DNA of 64,000 nt. It comes from a virus. Of this stretch, positions 1-9,967 are shown one piece after another. The notes below the pieces were generated by a model. That model worked only from the letters and a program-made list of their open reading frames with translations, was not told where the DNA came from and did not search any database. Made by a program: the position numbers and the translations under genes. The stretch's first letter is position 1, and every line of letters starts with the position of its first letter. Location: positions 1 through 64,000 of the IMG/VR virus record IMGVR_UViG_3300011113_000581; one strand, written 5' to 3'.

Positions 1-2
1 AC

Positions 3-839
3 TTTACCGAACCATTTGGCGGCAGTGGTGTGGAAGCCATGCTGTGCGGTACACCGTTAATCGCAGTTGACTACGGTGCGTTCACAGAAACAGTTATTGA
101 TGGTGTCACGGGATTTCGTTGTCATACGCTCCAGGATTGGATTGATGCTGTTGATCACACAACAGATATTGATCGTTCTGTTGTGGCCAGTACGGCAAGA
201 TCACGATACAGTCTTGAAGCCTGCGGTAAGAAATACGATAAGATTTTTAAAGACATTAACGCTCTTTGGGACAAAGGTTGGTATCAATTACGTGAAACAA
301 ATCAAATTAATTACACATATCTACACAATGAAGAGCTACCTTTTGCTAAGCGTTTAGCGGCGTGGATCAAAGATAATCTAAATCCACAAAAGGTTTTGGA
401 CCTAGGTTGCGGCCCTGGAACGTATGTAAATTGTTTTCAAGAGCTAGGCATCGACGCCACTGGATATGATACAGATATTCGAGTTGAAAACAATGATCAT
501 TTAATTTGCAAAAGCTTGTTTGACGTAGAAGAAGTAGGCGATGTTGTACTTTGTTTAGAAGTAGCTGAACATATTGAGTCTTGTAAAAATTTAAAAATTA
601 TTGAAGCAATGACAAGAACTTTGGCACCTAAAGGAACGTTAATATGGACCGCAGCAAAACCTGGTCAAGGTGGAGTAGGACACATCAATTGTCAAACAAA
701 AGACTACTGGATTGAGTTGTTTAAATCTCAACCACTAAAACGGTGTAATGGCATGGAATTAATTCTTGCTGAAGAAATGAAAAAAGATTATCACATGGGT
801 TGGTTTGTCCAGAATTTGTTGATCTATACAAAGACATAA
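3..839 (+). CDS. 5'-truncated GT-B (GT4-like) glycosyltransferase fused to a class I SAM-dependent methyltransferase
   Basis: Frame is open from the window edge: EPFGGSGVEAMLCGTP is the GT4 EX7E motif; C-terminal VLDLGCGPG (SAM motif I) and CLEVAEHI. Confidence 0.8.
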   Translation, partial: FTEPFGGSGVEAMLCGTPLIAVDYGAFTETVIDGVTGFRCHTLQDWIDAVDHTTDIDRSVVASTARSRYSLEACGKKYDKIFKDINALWDKGWYQLRETNQINYTYLHNEELPFAKRLAAWIKDNLNPQKVLDLGCGPGTYVNCFQELGIDATGYDTDIRVENNDHLICKSLFDVEEVGDVVLCLEVAEHIESCKNLKIIEAMTRTLAPKGTLIWTAAKPGQGGVGHINCQTKDYWIELFKSQPLKRCNGMELILAEEMKKDYHMGWFVQNLLIYTKT

Positions 840-841
840 AA

Positions 842-868
842 AAACAGCCCCACTGAAGAGGCTGTTTA
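842..868. terminator. Probable bidirectional terminator between convergent genes
   Basis: AAACAGCC...GGCTGTTT hairpin with A/T flanks. Confidence 0.55.
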
Positions 869-884
869 CATTTGATTAATAAAA

Positions 885-1097
885 TTAAACAGCTGCTGCT
901 GCCATCTTTTTGAGATGCTTGCGAACTTTCTCTACATTCCACAAGTAGCTGTCTCGTGACCGGGTAGACGGAAATGCAGCAAAATGGGGTCCCAATTTAA
1001 GGGTACCGTCATCTCGCATCTTGAACAGTTGTTTTTTGTCGAGTCCAAGAAGCTCGCACGCTTTATTGGCTGTGACCCAGCCGGTAGAAGCTGTCAT
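885..1097 (-). CDS. Excisionase/MerR-like HTH DNA-binding protein
   Basis: WVTANKACELLGLDKKQLFKMRDDG resembles the HTH_17 pattern. Confidence 0.6.
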   Translation of the reverse strand: MTASTGWVTANKACELLGLDKKQLFKMRDDGTLKLGPHFAAFPSTRSRDSYLWNVEKVRKHLKKMAAAAV

Positions 1098-1222
1098 AAA
1101 GAACAGGGAGTGTTCAGATATACACTACCGACAAACCGCTATGCGTCAAGGATTTTTAGCAAATCTTAAACTTTGGAGCTTGGCTTAGCAATCTTAAAAT
1201 AAGGTAACGGCAACTTAAGAGT

Positions 1223-1585
1223 ATGTTCAGTGACGAGAACGCACCACTCGCCCTACTGATCGAAGTAACTCCAAGGTTAGCAAAAAAACGGTTTAGAGAT
1301 GATATTTATAAATCCTGGGATTACAAATGTGGCTATTGTGAAGATGTAGCTACAAGTCTTGATCACATTGTTCCAAGGTTTAAATCTGGTTCTAGCAATA
1401 GAAACAATCTGATTCCAGCTTGTCGTCGTTGTAACAGCAACAAGGGAAGTACAGAAGTAGAGACCTGGTACAAACAGCAAGATTTCTTTACTCAAGCTAG
1501 GATGGAAAGAATTAAATCTTGGATGTCGCAAGAAGTTATCGACATCTTCTCTTGTCAATTAGAAGCTTTGCAGGTGGCTGTTTGA
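1223..1585 (+). CDS. HNH endonuclease
   Basis: CGYC...LDHIVPR...NLIPACRRCN. Confidence 0.9.
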   Translation: MFSDENAPLALLIEVTPRLAKKRFRDDIYKSWDYKCGYCEDVATSLDHIVPRFKSGSSNRNNLIPACRRCNSNKGSTEVETWYKQQDFFTQARMERIKSWMSQEVIDIFSCQLEALQVAV

Positions 1586-1586
1586 G

Positions 1587-4199
1587 ATGGGACTTTCATA
1601 TAATCCAGGGGCACGCAAGTGGAATTTAGTATATGAAAAAACGGATTACAAAACTGATAATCCAACGAATCTCCCTGAAACTAAGTTAGTTCAAAAAACT
1701 TTTGCAGATGTTCTTGAGGATCTTCGATCAGATCCTGACATTTATGTTTATAATGACGAGTACGGAGGAGAAAGATATTTTAGTAGATCTCGAGAAAGTT
1801 TTCTTCTCCCGGAAGAGCTACAAGAACGACAAGAAGCTTTAAAAACCGTACCAGATGAAGACAATATAGAAACCAATAAACGAAATAAAGAGTTAAACGA
1901 TTTAAATGCTTCTTTAAATACTGCTAATACAGATAGAAATAAAGCATATGATAAAACATTGCAAACAGTTAATTCAACCCGTGGTGGCGATTATGTTGCA
2001 CAACGTGATTTGATTAGAAATATTGAAGGTATTGATAACACTTTAAAAACAGCTTTAGAAGATTATTACAAAGCTTATTACAGTAACGAAAAACTTCAAC
2101 AATGGGATTCAAATCTTGGAGCCAAACCACCTTACGGTGAGTTTGATCCTTCCTATTACAAAAAGCAAAATCCAGTTGCCGCCCAACAATGGCAAGCTGC
2201 TGTAGCTAATGATGATATTGACATTACTCAAAGATATGGTGAGAATGGTTTTTATTTAAATCACTACACAACACAAGGCAAGCCAGCAGGTGCACGTGGT
2301 AATAAAGAAGAAGCGCTTGTTGCAGCAGAACGATATGTAGAACGCAAACTAACTGATGCTGATTTAGAGCAAGCACGTACAATTCAGCTTGGAGTCAACA
2401 CAGATACTCAAACAGAACGTCTTCTAAAAGTACCAGAGGTTGCCTCCGCCTGGGAAGCTGCCAAAGCTGGTGATTCTTACTGGAAATCAAAAGGAAAAGA
2501 ATTCTTCTTGGATGTAAATAAACCAGATGAATTTGCCGTTCTTTTTCGGATGTCAGATCGGCCGGAAGATAAGGAAGTTGCTTTCAAATACAACATTAAT
2601 GCTGGGTACGGCATTACGGAATTAGAAGACGCACTCAATACTGCGGTTGGCGAAAAAGCAATTGTTGACGTTAAGCGTTTTGGTGCGTTAACTCAAGACG
2701 TTTTAAAAGAAACAATTAAACAAATGAAAAAAGCTAAAGGCATGGAACAAGAGATTGCTATTTTTAACAACTTTGGTGCCTTTGGTGAAATTACAAATAT
2801 CAATCAAGATTTAACAAGTTCGATTCTTGGTGACTCTGGCATTGGTGGCGTACTCTCCTTTATGGGTGGCAATAAAACACAAGAATCATTAGAAAAATCT
2901 TTACGCGGAATTACAGGTATTAATAATGAAGTAACTTACAATTGGCAACAATGGTTTGATAACACACTTAAACAAAAGTATCAAACTGACTTAGAGCTGG
3001 GTCTTACAAAAGAAGAAGCAGAAGAACAAGTAAAAGTGCAAGGACAATTTGCACGTGACTTTATTGATCAATATTTGATTCCTCGATTTAATGAATCTAA
3101 ATCAATGAATGAATTCGTTGATTATCTTGACGTGCGTCAATCAGAACAAAACCCGTTCCAAACACAAGATATTCTCAATGCCGTTAAGCTGGTTGCTGAT
3201 ATAAAAGCCAATCAATACATTGAAGAATTACGCAAGACACCAGAGCGTTATTTTGATTCTCAATTCTATTTCAATCCAACAGGAGACAAAGCCAGGGAAG
3301 CTGCTTATACAACACAAGCAAACACAGTAAATGCTGATTGGGAAGCGGCCAAAGCTGGAGATTCCTATTGGAAGTCACAAGCGTATCGCTTTGGTATAGA
3401 TGTAAACGATAAAGATGCTTTTGCCAGGATGCATTTCCAGGTAAAAGGACAGGGGCAGGGTTATGATCCAGCAGATGATATCCTTACTGCTTCTAAAGTT
3501 AGTGACTACATCTATACAAAAATTCTTCCGGCACTTAACGAAGAAGCTTTGGCACAAGGAACTGTCTTCGGTCAGTTTTTAAAACCAGAAGAATTTGCTG
3601 ATGAGATGTTAAAAGGACTAGATCCAGCGGATAAAAAAACTTGGGACGAGGTATTAAAAACATATGGCCTTGATAATTTTGGTGGCTCTATTGAAGAGTT
3701 AAAAAATTACATCACAGAAGCGGTAAGAACAGGTTCAGCCCAGGACATCAGAGAACAGATCAAGTATTTAAATAAGAAAAAAGAAAAACCAACGCAAGAA
3801 ATTTTAGGTGTTACTTACATCCAAAGAGAAGAAGACTACAAACCAGCTAAAACAATTGAAGGGGAGTCCCAGCTTTACAAGGTGTTTCAATCCGCTGGAT
3901 ATCAAGGAACAGAAGATGAGTTTTATGAAAACTTTTTTCCGGATTTAGATAGGTCTGAGCAAGTTGCTCTTACCAAAGCAGGTACAAATGAAGCATTGAA
4001 AACAACTGGACTTGATTTTTCTGACCCCTTTGCCTCCCTTGGTACCATTGAAAGTTTCTTTGGTGAGAACAAAACAGAAGAAGAACCAGCAAAAACTAGT
4101 TATTTTACAATTGATACAGATGAAGATCTTCCCACTAAAACAAAAGCTGGGCAAGGTTTCTTAGATGAATTCACATCCATGTTTAAAGGGTTTGGTTGA
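1587..4199 (+). CDS. Large hypothetical protein, possibly virion-associated, with an internal repeat
   Basis: 870-aa ORF; WEAAKAGDSYWKS occurs twice. Confidence 0.6.
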   Translation: MGLSYNPGARKWNLVYEKTDYKTDNPTNLPETKLVQKTFADVLEDLRSDPDIYVYNDEYGGERYFSRSRESFLLPEELQERQEALKTVPDEDNIETNKRNKELNDLNASLNTANTDRNKAYDKTLQTVNSTRGGDYVAQRDLIRNIEGIDNTLKTALEDYYKAYYSNEKLQQWDSNLGAKPPYGEFDPSYYKKQNPVAAQQWQAAVANDDIDITQRYGENGFYLNHYTTQGKPAGARGNKEEALVAAERYVERKLTDADLEQARTIQLGVNTDTQTERLLKVPEVASAWEAAKAGDSYWKSKGKEFFLDVNKPDEFAVLFRMSDRPEDKEVAFKYNINAGYGITELEDALNTAVGEKAIVDVKRFGALTQDVLKETIKQMKKAKGMEQEIAIFNNFGAFGEITNINQDLTSSILGDSGIGGVLSFMGGNKTQESLEKSLRGITGINNEVTYNWQQWFDNTLKQKYQTDLELGLTKEEAEEQVKVQGQFARDFIDQYLIPRFNESKSMNEFVDYLDVRQSEQNPFQTQDILNAVKLVADIKANQYIEELRKTPERYFDSQFYFNPTGDKAREAAYTTQANTVNADWEAAKAGDSYWKSQAYRFGIDVNDKDAFARMHFQVKGQGQGYDPADDILTASKVSDYIYTKILPALNEEALAQGTVFGQFLKPEEFADEMLKGLDPADKKTWDEVLKTYGLDNFGGSIEELKNYITEAVRTGSAQDIREQIKYLNKKKEKPTQEILGVTYIQREEDYKPAKTIEGESQLYKVFQSAGYQGTEDEFYENFFPDLDRSEQVALTKAGTNEALKTTGLDFSDPFASLGTIESFFGENKTEEEPAKTSYFTIDTDEDLPTKTKAGQGFLDEFTSMFKGFG

Positions 4200-4498
4200 T
4201 GTCAGATAAACATCAAAAAGCAGCAAAAGCGGCTAAGCTAGCTAAAGATGATATGGCTTGCAACAAGCCTAAAAGGACACCTAATCATCCCACCAAATCA
4301 CACGTTGTAAAAGCGTGTAAAGATGGAGAAGAAAAAATTATTAGGTTTGGCCAACAAGGCGTGGAAGGTGCAGGTAAAAACCCTAAGACTGAAAAAGATA
4401 AAGCCAGACGCAAGTCTTATTACGCACGTCATAATGCTCAAGATGCCAATCCAGACATCATGTCGGCGAGATATTGGAGTCATAAAACGAAATGGTAG
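4196..4498 (+). CDS. Small basic phage protein
   Basis: Lys-rich ORF coupled to the upstream stop; KSHVVKAC...IIRFGQQG...RYWS. Confidence 0.65.
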   Translation: MMSDKHQKAAKAAKLAKDDMACNKPKRTPNHPTKSHVVKACKDGEEKIIRFGQQGVEGAGKNPKTEKDKARRKSYYARHNAQDANPDIMSARYWSHKTKW

Positions 4499-4520
4499 AT
4501 AGCGTTAAGTGGTAAAATAA

Positions 4521-5123
4521 TTGGGTTGCTTGAACCCAATGTCTAACGCAAACAGACGTTTTGTTTCTGTGCAGTGTGAAGTGTGTGCGTGTGATGGGTC
4601 TATTCGCATAGATCAATATAAGCGTCGACAAGGACTATGGAAGTGCAGATCTTGCAATAAAAAGGGGCAAGTACCAAGTAATAAAGGCACCGGGGTAAAG
4701 AATAATCCTGAACTTTTAAGAACGCGTTCTAGTTATGACAAAGCAAAATATCGTTGCAAGACAGGTCACAGAGGATACTACGTAAATGTTGAATTTCGTT
4801 TTACGTCTCTTCAACAATTAATCGATGAGATTGGGACAAGGCCAAAAGGGCATAGTTTAGATCGTATTAATAATTTGGGTCATTATGAACCTGGTAATGT
4901 AAGATGGGCTACCCACAAAGAACAATGTAGAAATAAACGAAACAATATATTAGTTGAATACAAAGGTAAAATAATGTGCTTAACAGATGCAGCAAAAATT
5001 TCTGGTTTGAATCTTAATACTTTACAAAGAAGGCTTAAAGCTGGTTGTCCATCAAGCCATCTTTTCATGAAAGGACGATGGCGCTATAAAAATGGAAAAT
5101 TAGCTGAACTTAAATTGGAATAA
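4521..5123 (+). CDS. HNH-type homing endonuclease-like protein
   Basis: SLDRINNLGHYEPGNVRWAT plus C-terminal HTH-like segment; true start probably ATG 4539. Confidence 0.8.
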   Translation: MGCLNPMSNANRRFVSVQCEVCACDGSIRIDQYKRRQGLWKCRSCNKKGQVPSNKGTGVKNNPELLRTRSSYDKAKYRCKTGHRGYYVNVEFRFTSLQQLIDEIGTRPKGHSLDRINNLGHYEPGNVRWATHKEQCRNKRNNILVEYKGKIMCLTDAAKISGLNLNTLQRRLKAGCPSSHLFMKGRWRYKNGKLAELKLE

Positions 5124-5145
5124 ATAATTATAAATGGTAATCTAA

Positions 5146-5274
5146 ATGGGAAAAGTAAAAGGCAACACTTCAATCAAGAAAGAGTCTCGTCCTAAGCTAA
5201 CAAAACAAGGACAAGGACAAAACTCCAAACCTTCTCATGGACGCAAGAAGTCTCGTGGGCAAGGCAAAGGCTAA
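5146..5274 (+). CDS. 42-aa basic protein (not in ORF track)
   Basis: Manual translation MGKVKGNTSIKKESRPKLTKQGQGQNSKPSHGRKKSRGQGKG; fills the intergenic gap. Confidence 0.65.
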   Translation: MGKVKGNTSIKKESRPKLTKQGQGQNSKPSHGRKKSRGQGKG

Positions 5275-5323
5275 CAGTTTGTTTTAATTAAGACTATTAT
5301 GGGAAATAGCTGAACTATTTCTC

Positions 5324-5989
5324 ATGTCCGATTTTTCGCGGGCAATTAAACTTATTAAAAAATATGAGGGGTTTAGCGAAAAAGCTTACCCAGATCCTTG
5401 TACTGGAATAGCTCCCTACACTATTGGGTTTGGTACACAATATTACCCCGATGGTACACCAGTAAAAAAAGAACACTGCTGCACAGAACGTAAAGCATTG
5501 GAGTATTTGAACCACGAAGTGGAAGTCATCAATGATGAATTGATGCGACTTAATCTTGGGCTTGATGAGTCAATGCTTAATGCGTTGATTTCTTTTGTGC
5601 ATTCCATCGGATGGGAACCCTTTTTATATAGCCCCATCATTGACGCAATTGAGATTGAAGATTGGCGTGAAGCGGCAGAACAAATTACGCAATGGGTCTT
5701 TGATCCTTATTACAAAGTAGTTGGCGGCCTCTTGGATCGACGCAGAGAAGAATCGTCGCTTTTCTTATCGGAAATACGTTCTTCCTTGTCGCCCACGGGG
5801 GGCATCTTGCTGAGAGCTTTCTCAAACTTTGGTGGTGCTGAACATCAAATCAAAGCTGTTGAAGCCCTAGAACAAAAAATCAATCCTTATGTATTGGCTG
5901 AATTTGCCAACCAGTACGATCTGGAAACTTGTTTTGATTTTTGCCGGGAATATCCATGGAAGGATTCAGTATTTGAATCTTGGGATTAG
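5324..5989 (+). CDS. Lysozyme (GH24, T4-like muramidase)
   Basis: YEGFSEKAYPDP...YTIGFG catalytic region and GLLDRRREE. Confidence 0.85.
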   Translation: MSDFSRAIKLIKKYEGFSEKAYPDPCTGIAPYTIGFGTQYYPDGTPVKKEHCCTERKALEYLNHEVEVINDELMRLNLGLDESMLNALISFVHSIGWEPFLYSPIIDAIEIEDWREAAEQITQWVFDPYYKVVGGLLDRRREESSLFLSEIRSSLSPTGGILLRAFSNFGGAEHQIKAVEALEQKINPYVLAEFANQYDLETCFDFCREYPWKDSVFESWD

Positions 5990-6013
5990 AATATTTAAAG
6001 CCAAACGAATGAA

Positions 6014-6313
6014 ATGGAAAACTCAGTGCAGCCCCGTGAGTTAGAACTTCCTCTTCAGTTGCAGTTTGCAATGCGTAAAGCTGAACTTGAAGCCCAGGAA
6101 ATGACCTGGGACCAACTTTACGCAGCTCTTTTAAACCTGTACCAACGTCGTTTAATTGAGTGGGCTGCCGTGAAAGACATCCTTCAAGACGAAAATATTG
6201 AACTTGAATTTGACTGCCCGACTCAACTTGAACTTATGGAATTGGCCATGATGTGCCAAGGTGATGACGATGATGAAGAAGAAGATGATGACGAACCGAT
6301 GTCAGTCTTCTAA
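6014..6313 (+). CDS. nblA: NblA-like phycobilisome degradation adaptor with acidic tail
   Basis: LPLQLQFAMR...QEMTWDQLYAALLNLYQRR matches the NblA pattern LxLEQxF...xMSxDQ...LxxLY. Confidence 0.65.
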   Translation: MENSVQPRELELPLQLQFAMRKAELEAQEMTWDQLYAALLNLYQRRLIEWAAVKDILQDENIELEFDCPTQLELMELAMMCQGDDDDEEEDDDEPMSVF

Positions 6314-6715
6314 AAACTGAATCAATCGACCCAAGTACCACTGAGCTTTTTTGAGGGACTCAACACCACCCTTGTGACGCTCCCTCCATAAATATTTCAC
6401 GCAATTTCCTTTCAAATAACCACGATATTCTTCTGCGGTTAGCTGCGCTTCAATAGCTTCAATAGTTTCAATACCACCTTTTGTGTAGTGCGGGGGGTGG
6501 TTCACCACATCTACAGTTTTACGTTGAGGCATGGGACAGAAACCGTCCTTGCATCCGTCTTCCGAATCTACCGGCTCAAACCACGTCTTTTCTTCGACAA
6601 TTCGATCTCGCTCTCCGGCATCCCCTCCAGTTCCAAGACTAAAGACCTGGGCTTCGGATTGGCGCCCATCTTCATCCCTTCTTCCATACTCGGAATATAC
6701 CCCGTCAGTCCGCAT
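6302..6715 (-). CDS. DUF3310 (SaV/T7 gp1.7-like) protein
   Basis: DVVNHPPHYTKGGIETIEAI...GNCVKYLWR...KGGVESLKKAQWYL; start uncertain. Confidence 0.85.
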   Translation of the reverse strand: MRTDGVYSEYGRRDEDGRQSEAQVFSLGTGGDAGERDRIVEEKTWFEPVDSEDGCKDGFCPMPQRKTVDVVNHPPHYTKGGIETIEAIEAQLTAEEYRGYLKGNCVKYLWRERHKGGVESLKKAQWYLGRLIQFLED

Positions 6716-6930
6716 CGCTCTCCTCCTTCAAGTTGTAGGTTCTGGCGCTCACGGCCTTCTTGGGTGAGCACTAAACCCCGATTATAAAGGTCTTGAAGTG
6801 GAACGTCGTGTTTTTCGTTGTCTAGTTCTTGACCAAAATCCATCAGGCTTAAACACCTGTTTTTTACTTCATTATTCGTAACAATGAAGTTATCTAAGAA
6901 GTCGCTCATAGATGACGCAGCGTGCATCAT
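6568..6930 (-). CDS. Hypothetical protein
   Basis: 120-aa ORF overlapping the 5' part of the DUF3310 ORF. Confidence 0.5.
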   Translation of the reverse strand: MMHAASSMSDFLDNFIVTNNEVKNRCLSLMDFGQELDNEKHDVPLQDLYNRGLVLTQEGRERQNLQLEGGERCGLTGYIPSMEEGMKMGANPKPRSLVLELEGMPESEIELSKKRRGLSR

Positions 6931-6971
6931 TGTTATATCTTGGCCTGAATTCCTTCAAGTAAAATAATAAC

Positions 6972-7364
6972 ATGGCAAGATTTTTAGACCCCACATACGA
7001 TCCCAGGAATCAGTCCGGTACCTCTGGAGCTGAGGTAACAGACCTTAATCCTGAGCAAGCGTATGATACCGATATTCGTCGTCTTGATGAAACAGGACGA
7101 GCAATTGCAGAAGAAACTGACGTAAGAAATGTCAGGCAACAAGAACGAGTTGCCAAGTTTATGGCAGCAGCTAAAACCGCTGGTGCATATAAACAAAAAG
7201 CTTCGATTGACGAACCACAGATCCGTGGTAGAACCCCTAGAAACGAAGCAAATATTGATGGTGTAGTTCTTCCCAGCCAGGGGGACTCCGGTGGTAAAGC
7301 AGGTGGTGTCAGTTACGCACGGAAGCCCCAACCATCTGCTGGTACCTTTAGAGGTTTCAGTTAA
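6972..7364 (+). CDS. Hypothetical protein
   Basis: 130-aa ORF preceded by TAAAAT. Confidence 0.6.
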   Translation: MARFLDPTYDPRNQSGTSGAEVTDLNPEQAYDTDIRRLDETGRAIAEETDVRNVRQQERVAKFMAAAKTAGAYKQKASIDEPQIRGRTPRNEANIDGVVLPSQGDSGGKAGGVSYARKPQPSAGTFRGFS

Positions 7365-7948
7365 ACCTGACTGAATACAACTTCTTTCTTTTGGTCTTGG
7401 TACTTGCCTTTCCTCATTTGGTAATCAGTTTCACACTCATTACCACGGAAGAACAGCAACTGGCAGATACCCTCGTTTGCATAGATGCGATTAAAGAGAG
7501 CAGTGCAATTACTGATCTCAAGAGTTAAGTGTCCTTTCCACCGTGCTTCTGCAGGTGTAATATTTGCCATAATCCCCGATCGGGCATACGTACTTTTCCC
7601 TACGGCAACTACAGTCACATCTTTAGGTAGCTCTAGGTATTCTTCTGCAACACCCAGGCAATAACCAAAAGGAGGGAGTAGAAAGTACTGACCTTTCTCA
7701 TCTTCCAGCAATTCGGCTGGCTTAAGAATATTTGCATCAAATGCTTTGGGATCACAATCTCCTGATTGAGTGCGACCAAAAATCAAACACTGCTTAGGCG
7801 AAAGACGAATATCGTATCCGTACGAACTCAACCCATAGCTCAGTAAACGGCGACCATCTTGTTCATTAATCAACCGATCCTGGAATGGCTGAATCATTCC
7901 CTCTTCAAGGGCAAGCTGCTTGATTTCTTTGTCTGAAAGAATGCTCAT
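7361..7948 (-). CDS. dcd: dCTP deaminase
   Basis: LSYGLSSYGYDIRL, GKSTYARSG, TLEISN, YANEGICQLLF, GKYQDQ. Confidence 0.95.
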   Translation of the reverse strand: MSILSDKEIKQLALEEGMIQPFQDRLINEQDGRRLLSYGLSSYGYDIRLSPKQCLIFGRTQSGDCDPKAFDANILKPAELLEDEKGQYFLLPPFGYCLGVAEEYLELPKDVTVVAVGKSTYARSGIMANITPAEARWKGHLTLEISNCTALFNRIYANEGICQLLFFRGNECETDYQMRKGKYQDQKKEVVFSQV

Positions 7949-7980
7949 AACGTCAACTAAGCTTTCAAAGTGTAGCTTAC

Positions 7981-8574
7981 TTAGACAAGAACGCGGCCCT
8001 TGGGACTGTAAATCTCAACAAAATTTTCCGTCGCTTCCGTCACGTTTGTCTTGGGTTGAAGATATACAACAAAAGAAGCACACGTGTTCCTCACTTTGAT
8101 TTCACCTGTGTTAATGAAATGCTGATGTAGCATCGGTCTTGTCTTTAAGATACAGACCGGATGATCAAAAATGTCCTGGCAATACAAGAACATATCAGGT
8201 GCATTAGCAAAATAAACACCTTGTTCAATTTCACCAGAAAGCCACTTTCTTTTCAAAGCTCGCCACCAAAGTGCATAAGCGGAAGTCAACGTGGGAGATA
8301 AACCTCTAGTCATCTTCCACCGCTGGGACTTTTCATGCCAAAAATAAGAATGGCGTGGTGGAAATACGTACACATTTCCGTACCACTCCATCTCGTTTAA
8401 ACCATCCTCCTTAGGTGTATAGAATTTTTTTGCATTGACATACTCATTTGCTTTTGCTGAACTTGCTGGATCAAGATCAATACCTCCCATAAGTAAATGG
8501 GCGGAGTCAATCATGTCACGATTGCTGATCCATTCGTAATTTTCAACTTTTTTGTTGCCGAGAAAACCAGGCAT
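7981..8574 (-). CDS. Phage N6-adenine DNA methyltransferase-like protein with altered catalytic motif
   Basis: EW...IDLDPASS...FYTPKEDGL..W.GNVYV; FPPR replaces NPPY. Confidence 0.7.
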   Translation of the reverse strand: MPGFLGNKKVENYEWISNRDMIDSAHLLMGGIDLDPASSAKANEYVNAKKFYTPKEDGLNEMEWYGNVYVFPPRHSYFWHEKSQRWKMTRGLSPTLTSAYALWWRALKRKWLSGEIEQGVYFANAPDMFLYCQDIFDHPVCILKTRPMLHQHFINTGEIKVRNTCASFVVYLQPKTNVTEATENFVEIYSPKGRVLV

Positions 8575-8972
8575 CAGTCTTTAATCACTCCATCTTTAGC
8601 TTGGTCATATGCTATTTCCAAATAGCGAATACCATCTTGATCGTTTAAGACGTAACCAGCCTTTTCTTCTGGATCAATCTTTTGTGCAGCATTAAGAATG
8701 CGCCTGAAAGTCTCGGCTAGGTCACCATTATTCTCGCGTTCACACTCTTCTTGTGCAGCGTGAAGCTCCTTAAGCGTCAAATAGAACATAGAACGTTCTA
8801 CTTGCTGTGGCTGGAAACACATAACCCCAGGTCCTTCCGTTTCCCAAAATTTTGCAAACATGCCGCCCATATCTCCAAGAATTAAACGGAGCGTTGTATC
8901 CAGCATCTTTGCTTTATCTTCTTCCAGCTCTGGGCCAATTACAGAGGCAATTAATTTTTCACGTCTATTCAT
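8574..8972 (-). CDS. Hypothetical protein
   Basis: Coupled ORF in minus-strand operon. Confidence 0.7.
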   Translation of the reverse strand: MNRREKLIASVIGPELEEDKAKMLDTTLRLILGDMGGMFAKFWETEGPGVMCFQPQQVERSMFYLTLKELHAAQEECERENNGDLAETFRRILNAAQKIDPEEKAGYVLNDQDGIRYLEIAYDQAKDGVIKD

Positions 8973-9430
8973 TTTTTTACCAGTCCCTGACGAATAAGTG
9001 TATCACGCATCTTGGGTAATGGTTGGTAAATGACCACCAACTTACCAAGAACACCGCGTTTCTTTAGTAATTTACCGTTTTCGTCCCTCATCTTGTCAAA
9101 TTCTCCAGCCCTGATAAGGTATTCCGCTACGCAACGTAATCTTCTTTTTAAAGGAAGATCTGCATTAGGGAATTTCCCGCAAATTGTATCAGGCGTCATG
9201 TCCTGGAACGCCATTCGCAACCTGTTTGCCAGAGTCATAGCAAAACTGGGGTCCTCTTCTTCATAGTTTTTTAAGTTTTCCAAGTATCTGCGTAGAGTCG
9301 GTTCATCAAAAGAGCCTGAGGGAGGCAGAAACATCTCAACTTGGACTGCAAGAGACTCGGGTAAAGTTTCTTTATAATTTTTTAAGGTTACGATGCTGAT
9401 TTCTAAGTCTGTAAAACGGTTCTTCATCAA
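8969..9430 (-). CDS. Hypothetical protein
   Basis: Coupled ORF (4-nt overlaps on both sides). Confidence 0.7.
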   Translation of the reverse strand: MMKNRFTDLEISIVTLKNYKETLPESLAVQVEMFLPPSGSFDEPTLRRYLENLKNYEEEDPSFAMTLANRLRMAFQDMTPDTICGKFPNADLPLKRRLRCVAEYLIRAGEFDKMRDENGKLLKKRGVLGKLVVIYQPLPKMRDTLIRQGLVKK

Positions 9431-9912
9431 CCCTCCTCGTTTAAATCTTCATCAAAATCTGGGGTTTTAGGTACCGTAGGGTCTGGAATGTGCTCGTCTT
9501 TCCGATCTCGAGCGTAAGTATCGTATAAAGTGTTACCACCACTGCCCGAAAAAGTTAAATAACTTGGTTTTGTGTCTCGAATAAATGTTTGAATCAACCG
9601 ATTCCAAGGAATACGGATCGTCTGTTTGCGTCCCTTGGTGGCTTCAATATTGATATAGTGAACGCCATAGATCCAGCCTTTTTCAGGATTCTTTTTACCA
9701 GCAAGAATCCAATTACGAATCGTTTGGTCTGAAATACCCAGCCTGCGAGCACATTCTTCAGTAGAAATGTACTCATCTGCGTAAACTTCAGGGGATATAC
9801 GGTCGGTTTCTCCATCTTGGTACCGTGCATGCCACATAGCCGCAAGAATATGCTTAATACTTTGAAGCTCATGCGCAATGTCTTCAAGTCCTTTCCGTAA
9901 TCCGTGTGTCAT
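9427..9912 (-). CDS. HTH DNA-binding protein
   Basis: YISTEECARRLGISDQTIRNWI. Confidence 0.75.
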   Translation of the reverse strand: MTHGLRKGLEDIAHELQSIKHILAAMWHARYQDGETDRISPEVYADEYISTEECARRLGISDQTIRNWILAGKKNPEKGWIYGVHYINIEATKGRKQTIRIPWNRLIQTFIRDTKPSYLTFSGSGGNTLYDTYARDRKDEHIPDPTVPKTPDFDEDLNEEG

Positions 9913-9967
9913 ACCAACAATTAATCTGATTAAATGCTAGTCTTTTTACAGATAATCTGCTTGTTTC

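Noticed and set aside
885-9912. Lysogeny module suggested by excisionase-like HTH genes
   Set aside because: No integrase, repressor pair or att site is visible in the window.
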